From Macrostomum lignano (Eukaryota): 64,000 nt of DNA. Each line of letters starts with the position of its first letter. The first letter of the stretch is position 1. Of this stretch, positions 49,601 through 60,435 are shown one piece after another. A program made the translations under genes and the position numbers. A model generated the notes under the pieces. It was not told the DNA's origin, did no database searches, and saw only the letters and a list, made by a program, of their open reading frames with translations. The stretch is taken from contig NIVC01000022.1 in assembly GCA_002269645.1 (NCBI GenBank), positions 310,001-374,000 of the forward strand, written 5' to 3'.

Positions 49601-50067
49601 AATGGGTGTGTCAGGTGGACAGTGGGTGTCATAGAAGGCATAATAAGTGTGTCAGGGGGACAGTGGGTGTCATAGAAGGCATAATAAGTGTGTCAGGTGG
49701 ACAGTGGGTGTCATAGAAGGCATAAAAGTGTGTCAGGGGGACAGTGGGTGTCATAGAAGGCATAATAAGTGTGTCAGGGGGACAGTGGGTGTCATAGAAG
49801 GCATAATAAGTGTGTCAGGGGGACAGTGGGTGTCATAGAAGGCATAATAAGTGTGTCAGGGGGACAGTGGGTGTCATAGAAGGCATAATAAGTGTGTCAG
49901 TGGACGCCATTGTGATTCTCAGGCCTCTTTGTGTCCAGATCAAAAAACTCACTCACTTTAGACCCGTACGCCATATTGTACCAGTCGCCTTTGAGTCCGG
50001 GACTGTCTTGAGTCAGCGCCTGTGCGGTTGTCATGACAACAGGCAGCAGTGACAAATGTCGCCACAT
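46690..50067 (-). CDS. 85-aa predicted type I membrane microprotein (signal peptide + single TM). Exons 50067-49957 and 46836-46690
   Basis: MWRHLSLLPVVMTTAQALTQDSPGLKGDWYNMAYGSK|ITRSPYVHAGISTGSLCLILLAFIGLVSAVYSCRTPPVRKSMVTESDA*. Donor AAA|GTGAGT and acceptor CCTCAG|ATC, both phase 0. Each exon is below the ORF-track cut-off in this frame. Confidence 0.7.
46875..49900. repeat. 3-kb compound minisatellite (20-21-bp GGGGACAGTGGGTGTGTCAG, with 41-bp and ~206-bp higher-order units)
   Basis: Fills the single intron of the microprotein gene. Confidence 0.97.
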
Positions 50068-50689
50068 CTCACCGTAGTCCTCACAACAATCCTAAGCTAG
50101 TTGCTACGTGTTTAGTGAGCTCGTAGGCAACGAGAGAAATCTGCTTTATAGTCATATTTATCAGCTTAGCTTTAGTGACGGATTGTCTATGGCAATTCTT
50201 GATTGAACTACTTGAACTTTGAAATTAAATTGTAGCGTGGCTGTTACAAAAATTTTCATTTGTCATTGATTTTTTGAACGAGAAATATTTTAGTCGAGCA
50301 AAAATCAATAAGAAAAACGACAACTTTTTCCCAGTGTCAGGTGTAGATAAAAGTTTTAAAATCAACAAGCTCACAAGCTAGCTTTAGAAGATCTCCAAAA
50401 TAAAAACCTGAAAAAATCAATCATTGCAGTGTTTTGAAATTCGAATTTCATAATTAATTTATCTATGGTCAAAGCTTTGGTCTATGGCCAGTTGACCATT
50501 AGTCTATGGTCAAAGCTATGGTCTATGGCCAGTTGAACGTTAGTCTGTGGTCAAAGCTATGGTCTATAAATAGCCCCAAGTACAGCATTTATAAACCAGC
50601 CAATATAGTTCGGTTGGGTGTAAATCGCTGAAAGAGCCGTCGAGCATTGATCATGATCGGCCCTCTCCGCAGACTCGTCTGGTACTTTC

Positions 50690-53200
50690 GTAAACTCATT
50701 TTGAAATATTTTAGTCTGAAGTCCATGTGCTGAATCTGCAGAGCCATGCACTCCACTCTCGCAGTTGGTCTCGATCCTGGCGCCAGCATGTTGACGAGCG
50801 GTCTGTGATCCGAAATTTGGCGCACCGTGCAGGTAAGTAATGGAAACGCAGACACCCGAATTTCACTGCTAGTGCTTCCTTCTCCGTCTGGGAATACCTT
50901 CACTCGACGTCCGAGAGTGTCCGGCTGGCATAGGCCACCGGCCTTGACGTACCTCGGAGTGTCGCTGAGCCAAAATCGCTCCAAGACCTCTGGGTCCTGC
51001 GTTGACAATGAGCTCAGTCTGCAGTCTTTAACTGAAAAAGCTCAGGGCCTCTGCATCCGTGATTCGGAGTTAGAGTTTCTGAAATGCGGTTTCCTCGACG
51101 TCACCCCAGCACCATGCGGTGTCCTTCTTTGTTAGCCGCCGCAGGGGCTCGGCAATTTTGGCCAAGTGCGGAGTGAACACCGCCAGGTAGTTGACCAGGC
51201 CTAAGAAGGATCTCACTTGGCTGACTGTCTCCGGCGCCTTGAAGGCCCTGACTGTCTCGATTTTGTCCTCGGTTGGCTGGACTTCATTAGCAGACAGTGC
51301 ATGCCCATGAATGTGATTTCGTCCCTGGCGATCTTGCACCTGCTGGGTTTGACAGTGATGCCATGCTGCAGTAGTCAGGTAAGACAAGCAGACAGATTTT
51401 TGTTGTGCTCCTCAAGTGTGTTGCCGAATACCACGATGTCGTCGTGGATCCACTTGACTTTTTCGAGACCAGCTAGAACTCCCGACATGACGCTTTGAAG
51501 AATTTCCTGCGCTGTGGACAGGCCCATGCACAGGCGTTTGAGTCGCCGCAGTCCTCGAGGAGTGGAAAAGGTCAGTAAGTTTATGCAGCTCTCGGCTATC
51601 GGGATTTGATAAGAAGCCTTTGCTACGTCCAACTCCGAGAAAATCTGGCGCCTGTCATGCATCCGGTTACCTCCTCGAAATTCGGGATCTGATGTCTCTC
51701 CCTGACGACGAATTTGTTGACGTCTCGAAGGTCCTAGGTGATCCGCACTTCTCCTGACTGCGCCTTCGGCACTACGACCATTCTAGCCACCCATGGGGCC
51801 GCCCCGCTCGACGGCTCAATGATATCTAGGTCCTCCAATAGCTGAAGTTCTTTGTCGACGGCTGCAGCCAGGTGTATCGGAACCCTTGATGGCGCGTGGC
51901 AGACAGGCCTTGCATCGTCGGTCAGATGGATGGTTGCGGTGTAGTTCTTGACGCATCCAATGCTGCCAAACACCTGGGAGTGATCCTGGAAGATTCGGCC
52001 GAGCTGCAGATGGTCGGGCAGGGTGCTGTCGGTAGAGCGGCCTTCTTTGGAAAGTAGATCGATTGGGTTTTTCGACCCACCTAGGGTGGAGCACTTGAGC
52101 TGCCAAACTGTTGCTGGGTGAACCGATGCGAAGGATCTGCATTTCGCCGGCTGTTTTCCTTCCTAAGACAGTTGCTCCGTTGCCATTGAAGACGAAGGGA
52201 GCGTCCGAAGTTACATGTACTTCAAAGACATTGACCGGCAGTGTCACCTTGCCGAGTAGCTGAAGCCGACAGTCGCTGCCGTAGGCGAAAAGTCTGTTGC
52301 TTGCAGGTTGCAGTTTTGGTTTTCAAGACTTGTAGCTTTTGACGCCCATGATGTTGCATCCAGCTCCGCTGTCGATGAGAATTTGCATGGAAGTTCCTCC
52401 AATCTCGACGGCTACTCTTGCAGCCGCTGGGTCGCTCGCAATTTAAAGACGGCCTCTCGGTCGGTATTGATCTCCTCCGTTGGGATGGCGTTGAGCTGAC
52501 CTGCCTTGCCGGTTCTGCGTGCGCGAGCGAAGTGCCCGATCTTGCCGCACTTTCTGCAAGACTTCCCCTGGCGACATCGCATTCAGCATGGCCGGTCCTG
52601 CCGCATCTCTAGCATGTTGTGAGCGGGGCCCTGTGCGCTGTCCTCTGCGCTCCACCGATCGCTGCGACACTGTCTGCCGTTGGTCGGCTGGCGGTCCCCA
52701 TTGCCTGCGCCTGCTGCTCCGCCGCCTCACTGGCCCGGATCTTGAGCAATGTGTCTGCCAGGCTGATGTCGCCCGACTGCAGAAAGTCGCGCCTCGTCTT
52801 CTCCGACCGGCAGTGCGCCACGACCTTGTCCCTTATCAGGGAGCTGGTCAGATTCCCGAACTGGCAGGGCTTGGCGAGTTTCTTCAGGCGTGAGTACCAT
52901 GCGTCGATGCCTTCACCCTCGAGCTGACGACTGGCTTCGAACATATATCGCAGGAAGACGATGTTGTTCTTCTTGTCTAAGTGGTCCTAAATGTTCTTTG
53001 CCAGATCCTTGGCCGTGTCTCCCCGCGCAATTTTATTTTAGTGACGGGTGAAGGCATCGAACTAATATGTGGATGTAGAGTAGGATTTCCTGGGCCTGGC
53101 TCTCGTTCTTGATTCCGGCTGCTACAACGTAGCTCTCCAACCGCCGGGTTCAGGACTTCCACCGTTGGGCTACTGCATGAGGCTTGCTTTCTGCCTTGAA
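50690..53200 (-). mobile_element. Decayed Ty3/Gypsy LTR retrotransposon internal region (gag, zinc knuckles, protease, RT, RNase H; no integrase or LTR pair seen)
   Basis: Gag ~52980-52610. Knuckle CRKCGKIGHFAR ~52560-52525. Protease IDSGAGCNI ~52375. RT: PWVARMVVVPK, ELDVAKASYQI, TFSTPRG, WIHDDIVV, VRSFLGLVNY. RNase H: ELIVNAGPRGLGAILAQ...YASRTL...SQTEKEALA...SDHRPL ~51030-50790. Many frameshifts and stops. Confidence 0.92.
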
Positions 53201-53554
53201 CACACTGGGAGTTTTAAAGTAATTAAAAGTCCATTTGAGCAGGAAGTGTTCTCAAGCACAACGTACTTTTTCTTTAGCCCTCGTGACTCAAATAACGCAA
53301 TAAGCGGGCCGGTACGTATTTATTAAAGTACAAAATAAAGTGTACACTAATATAATAAAAATATTACTAAAACTAAAATGTACTCGTAGGACTTAAAATG
53401 TGCTATTAAAAGTTACTTATGCTTGTACAGGTGCATGCGTTCGTCCTTACTATTAAACTACACTTCTGCTTGGATGACTAGCGAATCCTAGCAATAGGCC
53501 GGGGCAACCCGGCAACAGGCTGCAAAGCGAGCGGAAGAACCTCGTCTAACTATC

Positions 53555-54919
53555 CTACTCGTCCTTGTCTTTGCCGAACTCCTCGACCTCTTCCTCCTCG
53601 CCCTCCACGCTGTCGACGCCGACTTCTTCGTAGTCCTTCTGCATGGAGCCGAGTTCCTCGCGGGACTCGGCGAACTCGCCCTCTTCCATGCCTTCGCCGA
53701 CATACCAGTGCACGAAGGCGCGCTTCGAGTACATGAGGTCGAACTTGTAGGCCAGCCGGTCCCAGGCCTCAGCGATGGCGGTGGTGTTGCTCAGCATGCA
53801 GACCGCTCGAGGCACCTTCGCGAGGTCGCCTCCGGGCACCGCGACGGGCGGCTGGTAGTTAAGGCCGACCTTGAAGCCGGTCGGGCACCAGTCCACGAAC
53901 TGGATCTCGCGCTTGTTCTTGATCTTCTGGATCGAGTCGTTGACCTCCTTGGAGGAGACGTCGCCCCGGTAGAGCAGGCAGCAGGCCATGTACTTGCCGT
54001 GCCGGGGGTCGCACTTCACCATCTGGTTGCCAGGCTCAAAGCACGCGTTCGTGATGTCCCTGACCTTCAGCTGCTCGTGGTTGGCCTTCTCTATCGAGAC
54101 GATGGGAGCGTAGGTTGCCAGGGGGAAGTGGATCTTGGGGTAGGGCACGAGGTTGGTCTGGAACTCGGTGATGTCCACGTTGAGCGAGCCATCGAACCGC
54201 AGGGACACCGTGATGGAGGACACGATCTGCGCGATCAGGCGGTTCAGGTTGGTGTAGGTGGGTCTATCGAGTTCCAGATTTCTTCTGCAGACATCGTAGA
54301 TGGCCTCGTTGTCCACCATGAAGGCGCAGTCGGTGTGCGGCAGGGTGCCGTGGGTGCACAGGATGGCGTTGAATGGCTCCACCACGGCCGTGGACATCTG
54401 CGGCGCCGGGTAGACGGCGAACTGCAGCTTCGCCCGCTTGCCGTACTCGGACGACAGCCGGTCGCACAGCAGCGAGGTGAAGCCGGAGCCCGTGCCGCCG
54501 CCGAAGGAGTGAAATATCAGGAAGCCCTGCAGGCCTGAGCAGTTCTCAGCCAGCCGGTTGACAATCTCGCGCACGGTGCCAATCAGCTCCTTGCCGACTG
54601 TGTAGTGGCCTCTGGCGTAGTTGTTGGCGGCGTCCTCTTTGCCGGAGATCAGCTGCTCCGGGTGGAACAGCTGGCGGTAGGTGCCGCAGCGAACCTCGTC
54701 GACCACGGTGGGCTCCAGGTCCACGAAGATGGTGCGCGGCACGTAGTGACCGCCGGGGGTCTCGGAGAAGAACGGCTCCTGCGAGTCGTCGCATTTCTCC
54801 CTGCCGGCCATCATGAGTCCGTCGGGCTGGATGCCGTGCTCGAGGCAGTAGAGCTCCCAGCAGGCGTTGCCAATCTGGATGCCGGCCTGGCCGACGTGGA
54901 TGGAGATGCACTCGCGCAT
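53555..54919 (-). CDS. TUBA: Divergent alpha-tubulin, 454 aa, intronless
   Basis: [30 protein letters not shown] and [15 protein letters not shown]; uninterrupted ORF; AATAAA on the - strand at 53319-53324. Confidence 0.98.
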   Translation of the reverse strand: MRECISIHVGQAGIQIGNACWELYCLEHGIQPDGLMMAGREKCDDSQEPFFSETPGGHYVPRTIFVDLEPTVVDEVRCGTYRQLFHPEQLISGKEDAANNYARGHYTVGKELIGTVREIVNRLAENCSGLQGFLIFHSFGGGTGSGFTSLLCDRLSSEYGKRAKLQFAVYPAPQMSTAVVEPFNAILCTHGTLPHTDCAFMVDNEAIYDVCRRNLELDRPTYTNLNRLIAQIVSSITVSLRFDGSLNVDITEFQTNLVPYPKIHFPLATYAPIVSIEKANHEQLKVRDITNACFEPGNQMVKCDPRHGKYMACCLLYRGDVSSKEVNDSIQKIKNKREIQFVDWCPTGFKVGLNYQPPVAVPGGDLAKVPRAVCMLSNTTAIAEAWDRLAYKFDLMYSKRAFVHWYVGEGMEEGEFAESREELGSMQKDYEEVGVDSVEGEEEEVEEFGKDKDE

Positions 54920-56426
54920 GCTGCAAGCTGGGAGGCTTCAGGTGGTTTGGGCCGGCGGCACGGGCTAAATTTGGCTCGTTTTCTGCAGAAGGCAAGAAAT
55001 TGAACCCTTTGATTGCGGCTCTGGGCCGCCGGGCGCGGCTTCATCTGGGCTGCGGTGTACAGGAGCGCTTCGCTGCTGCTGTCTATGGCCCAGCCCAATA
55101 TAGCTGGGACAGAAATATCCTAGCGAGGAGTTCTAAAAATAGACAGCGCTTTATATTGGAACACGGTGCTTCCCACCTGGCAACATGACTATAAAAATTT
55201 CCCAAAACGATTTACCCATTAGGCTTTTCACATTACCTATTCCAGAACCAGAATCGGTTCGGATCTTTCAAGAAAAAACAGTATAACTATTTAACTTTGT
55301 TGAATGTTTAACTGCCTTAACAATGTTTCCCTTCGCACAATTTGTCACTTTCTTCTTGGCTATATTCCAATTCAATAACCACAACTGAAGCCCTTTTTTG
55401 GTTCTTGCCGGAAGAGTTTTGATGCCGTCGTCAGCATCTGCTTTGGATCCAAGCTGTATGCTGATTTCCAGGAGCACATTTTATCGTACAAGGTTGGTTG
55501 CATTTGAGCATGGCCATGCTGCACAGCAAATTGCCATCTGCGATACTTTCAGCTGTTGTTTACAATAGCTTTCACCTGTGACTTTTTTAATTTTGGTAAC
55601 TAATTTTTTAAAGATTATTTTGGTTTAACTATATAACTGATATGCCCAAGTTGAACTGGCGCTAGAAACTGCAAGGTTTTTACAAATTGAGAAAAAACAA
55701 GTTTATAACTAACAGATTATATTTATTGAAAGCCAAGACCAGACTGCAATATGCAACGTCTCTATGTTACATATTAGATTCTCAGACCACCTTTGATAGC
55801 TGATAATGATTTGTATTTCACAAACAGAAACAAGTTACAGCTTGTTTACAATCGCAGCAGCTGCAAAGTTAAACAGCCTATTTTAATAATAAAGACTGAA
55901 AGAAGTGAATTAGCTACTGACAGTAGCTAGTGAAAAATACAAAGTCATTGAACTAAAATAATTGGCGTAAAATCTATTGTGTTCACCCTTCTCAACTAAA
56001 CCTGCCGGTGCATGTTGCAGATATATATTAACACCGCAAATAAGAAACATCAATTAGGATCATTTTTCAGAGCTGAGACATGCAAGGCATATGAGGAGTA
56101 AAGTAAGAATAGAATCCAGCAAAGTCTAGAAATACTGCATTCACACCCCAGTGGACATTTGCCATCGAGTAAACCATTTTGCGACCAATTTTAATTACTA
56201 TTTTATTTTACTCTAAAACCACAGATACCAGAATAACAAGATCTCGCAACTCGCAATTAAAAGGTTGTGAAATGTAGAACGTCTACTCATTTTTTAATTG
56301 TTTGCCTGCACAGTGTCACTCACTTCCTTCTTCGGGGTTTGGCGGCCTCGGGACCACACGGGGTTAAGACTGAACAGCGAGTCAACAAGTTTTTAACTCG
56401 ATGGATGAAATTGAACGCAATTCAGC

Positions 56427-57130
56427 GAAGCTCAGCCTAGGGGGCAGGCCCAATCTAGCTCAGCCAATGAGAGAGCAGTAAGGAGAGAGTTCAAAGTCAG
56501 ACGGACGAAGCTCAGCCTAGGGGGCAGGCCCAATCTAGCTCAGCCAATGAGAGAGCAGTAAGGAGAGAGTTCAAAGTCAGACGGACGAAGCTCAGCCTAG
56601 GGGCAGGCCCAATCTAGCTCAGCCAATGAGAGAGCAGTAAGGAGAGAGTTCAAAGTCAGACGGACGAATTAACTCAGCCTAGGGGGCAGGCCCAATCTAG
56701 CTCAGCCAATGAGAGAGCAGTAAGGAGAGAGTTCAAAGTCAGACGGACGAAACTCAGCCTAGGGGCAGGCCCAATCTAGCTCAGCCAATGAGAGAGCAGT
56801 AAGGAGAGAGTTCAAAGTCAGACGGACGAAGCTCAGCCTAGGGGGCAGGCCCAATCTAGCTCAGCCAATGAGAGAGCAGTAAGGAGAGAGTTCAAAGTCA
56901 GACGGACGAAACTCAGCCTAGGGACAGGCCCAATCTAGCTCAGCCAATGAGAGAGCAGTAAGGAGTTCAAAGTCAGACGGACGAATTAACTCAGCCTAGG
57001 GGCAGGCCCAATCTAGATCAGCCAATGAAAGAGCAGTAAGGAGGAGTTCAAAGTCAGACGGACGAAACTCAGCATAAGGCAGGCCCAATCCAGCTCAGCC
57101 AATGAGAGCAGTAAGGAAAAAGGTCAAAGT
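56427..57130. repeat. 80-bp tandem array (~9 copies), each unit carrying two CCAAT motifs and AGTTCAAAGTCA
   Basis: Unit GAAGCTCAGCCTAGGGGGCAGGCCCAATCTAGCTCAGCCAATGAGAGAGCAGTAAGGAGAGAGTTCAAAGTCAGACGGAC; starts at 56427, 56507, 56587 and so on. Confidence 0.95.
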
Positions 57131-57538
57131 CAATTGTCTATCGGCCTGACTGGGGACTGGGGCGCCCAACTTTTCTCTTTTGCTCGCTATGTACACATAC
57201 TGGATTTGAGTGTACCTTTTTAATACGGTGAATATGCTAATTTAATGGGTCTGCTTTTAGAAAGCCGGAGGCGATTGTTGCAGCTTTAAAAACTTTATAA
57301 AAATCCTGAATATTTAATCGATTTTAAATTTTACTATTATTAAGGCAAAAATACGCTTGTTTACTACTGAAAAAGTAGATAACCGCATTTTGCAAGCGAC
57401 ATCTAGTTATTCAAGTATTATATGACTAAAACAAAAAATTAATTATGAATAGAGATAATTCAGTTAGCTTTGAAGTGAAAACGCATTACTGACTATTGGC
57501 AAGCGAGTAGCCGATTGTGTTTTTAGTAAATAAGCATC

Positions 57539-60435
57539 TTAGTAATTGTCATCGCTGCTGGAATCGTATTCTTCATCACTTTCGCTGTAATCACTTTGTT
57601 CTTCGGACAGGTCGAAGATCGAATTGTCGAACTGGGAGCCGTCGAGTGAGTCAGAATCGGAATCGTCCGAATCGGCATCTTCAGATTCGGTATCGTCAGA
57701 TTCGGTATCCGTATCGGCATCTTCAGAGCTAGAATCGGCATCGTCAGAATCCGAATCGACATGGCCGACATCGACATCGTCAGATTCGGCATCGGCATCG
57801 TCAGAGTCGGCATTGGCATCATCAGAGTCGGCATCGGCATCGTCAGAGTCGGCATCGGCAGGGCCGGCATCGTCAGAGTCAGCATCGGCAGGGCCGGCAT
57901 CGGCATAGGCGTAGGCAGGGCCGACATCGGCATCGGCATAGGCAGGGCCGGAATCGGCATCATCAGAGTCGGCATTGGCAGGGCCGGCATCGTCAGAGTC
58001 GGCATCGGCAGGGCCGGCATCGTCAGGGCCGGCATCGTCAGAGTCGGCATCGGCAGGGCCGGCATCATTAGAGTCGGCATCGGCATAGGCAGTGCCGGCA
58101 TCGGCATCGTCAGAGTCGGCATCGGCATCAACATAATCGAAGTGAAAGTTGGCGTCGGCGTGTGAGTCGGCATTGTCCGCATTGACATCGTCAAGTTGCG
58201 AATAATCATTGACGTCACGAGAGTCGGCATCAGCATATATATCGTCGCTGTGATAGTCGGCATCAGCAAAGGAATCGTCGCCGTGAGAGTCGGCATTGGC
58301 ATCGTTGAGTTGAGCATCAGCATCGAGGTCATGAAAGTCGGCATCAACATAGGCATCGTCGCCGTGAGAGTCGGTATTGGCAACATCGAGATGGGAGTCA
58401 GCATCGTGGTAATGAGAGTTGGCATTAGCATCCACATCGTCGCCGTGTGCGTTGCCATTGAAATTGTCGACGTGAGAGTTTTCAGCGTCTTCAGAGTTGG
58501 AATCGACGCCAGCTTCAACGTCGGAGTCCGTTTCGAAAGTGTTTGTGTCGATCTGAACAAATGGCAGAGCTTGCGGCTGCAAGTCGACTTGGGCCTCCTG
58601 AGCTTCGAATTCACCTTCCTCGAACTCGAACAAGTCGGCAAAGCCGAACGCTTGGTCGATTTGGCCGCCGTCGCTTCCGCTGTCGCTGTCGTCTTCATCA
58701 TCGTCGTCATCCTCGTCGTTGCCGAAATCGTTGTTGACTTCGTCGTCGCTGATGCCGGTGTCGGTGGCTGCATCGGCGGCCGTGGGGTCGGCGACAGCCG
58801 CCGGAAGCTCCGGCAATGGCTCATCGTTAGTGACAATGTCGGAGGCGACGCCGAGGCGCAGGTGGATGGAGCCAAACGGCCGTCTGTCATACGGGCACAG
58901 CCGGCTCTGGCCGGTCCATGCGCGCAGACAGGGCGGACAGAACTGATGTCCCGGACAGGTGTCCGGCGTGGCTACAGGGCCGGAGAGTTGTTCCAGGCAG
59001 ATCGGGCAGGACACCTGAGCGGAGGAAGAAAAGGGGAATACAAAATAATTTGTCTTCTAACAGTTGCTGCAGACTCAGAAGGAGCAAAAACAAGGCAAAA
59101 GGAGTGCCGATACGAGCAATGTAGCGAAACTGACGCCTAGCATAAGCGCCGATATGTAGCGAAACTGACGCCTAGCATAAGCGCCGATATGTAGCAAAAC
59201 TGACGCCTAGCATAAGCGCCGATATGTAGCGAAACTGACGCCTAGCATAAGCGCCGATATGTAGCGAAACTGACGCCTAGCATAAGCGCCGATATGTAGC
59301 AAAATTGACGCCTAGCATAAGCGCCGATATGTAGCGAAACTGACGCCAAGTAAAAGCGCCGATATGTAGCGAAACTGACGCCTAGCATAAGCGCCGATAT
59401 GTAGCGAAACTGACGCCAAGTAAAAGCGCCGATATGTAGCGAAACTGACGCTTAGCATAAGCGCCGATATGTAGCGAAACTGACGCCAAGTAAAAGCGCC
59501 GATATGTAGCGAAACTGACGCCTAGCATAAGCGCCGATATGTAGCGAAACTGACGCCTAGCATAAGCGCCGATATGTAGCAAAATTGACGCCTAGCATAA
59601 GCGCCGATATGTAGCGAAACTGACGCCTAGCATAAGCGCCGATATGTAGCGAAACTGACGCCAAGTAAAAGCGCCGATATGTAGCGAAACTGACGCCTAG
59701 CATAAGCGCCGATATGTAGCGAAACTGACGCCAAGTAAAAGCGCCGATATGTAGCGAAACTTGGCGCTAAATCCAATAAAGACAGCCTAAATAAGTGGCA
59801 CGAAACAGAGCCATCTGCTCAGCCCCTCTCACCTGCAGCCTAGCAGACTCAACAATCTCCTCATTGCCCGGGCGCCGAATTCTTAATTTGGCCAGACTGG
59901 CGCCGCAGCCTAGGCCCGGACAGCGGCCGGCGCGACCGGACGGCGCCGAATCGAGCCAAGTGGCCAGACAGGCCAAGTGGCAGCGGTGCAACTGGCAGGA
60001 CTCGGCGCTGACCACACCTGAGGAGTCTGCGGCAATGCCGCCAGCCAAGCAGATGGCGCAGGTATCGGCCGGGAGAGTCGGTGGCGACCCGGGTCGCTGT
60101 TGGGCATTGTCGGCGCCGAGGCGGGGCAGCTTGCTGGCGGTCGGGCCCAGCGACAACCATGATGCTGATGATGATGATGATGATGATGAAGTTGATGGCG
60201 CGGTGATGTCTGCTGGTACAGGCCGCTTCTTCGGCCGGCACAGCTGGCAGAGCGGGCGGCCACTGGATGATGAGAAAGTCGCAGAGGTGGCAGCGGCCGG
60301 CTGAAACAGGCTGCCAGTGCAGTGAGGATGAGCGGCTAGTAGGCAGGCTGAGCAGCGCAGGTGAGCAGCTCCAGCGGCAATGCCAGCCTCGCAGCCAATG
60401 CAGGTGAGGGCCTCGCCGATGGCAACAGCAGCCAT
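57539..60435 (-). CDS. PHD-RING-RING protein (putative E3 ligase) with a long Asp/Ala/Ser acidic tail, ~692 aa. Exons 60435-59833 and 59014-57539
   Basis: PHD-like CIGC...CSACLLAAHPHC...CQLC. RING1 CAIC...CQLHRCHLAC..W...CPGLGC. RING2 CPICLEQL...TPDTCPGHQFCPPCLRAW....CPYDRRPF resembles the PHRF1/SCAF11 RING. Donor CAG|GTGAGA and acceptor CGCTCAG|GTG, both phase 0. Confidence 0.8.
59118..59762. repeat. 35-bp minisatellite (ATGTAGCGAAACTGACGCCTAGCATAAGCGCCGAT), ~18 copies, RING-gene intron
   Basis: Head-to-tail copies with two alternating variants; no spacers. Confidence 0.96.

Noticed and set aside
46865-49838. Cys/Gly/Val-rich ORFs up to 523 aa
   Set aside because: Open frames of the G-rich minisatellite, antisense to the intron of the microprotein gene.
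53708-54538. 276-aa + strand ORF and similar antisense ORFs over PCCB, MAP7 and the RING gene
   Set aside because: Shadow ORFs caused by high GC3 codon bias on the true coding strand.
53200-54919. Idea that the intronless tubulin is a retrocopy mobilised by the adjacent Gypsy element
   Set aside because: No poly(A) remnant or TSD is visible, KRTCAP2 in this window is also intronless, and adjacency alone is insufficient.
59118-59762. CRISPR-like 35-bp repeats (also the 37-bp array at 17885 and the 47-bp array at 42130)
   Set aside because: Head-to-tail with no unique spacers, no cas genes, and a eukaryotic intronic context.
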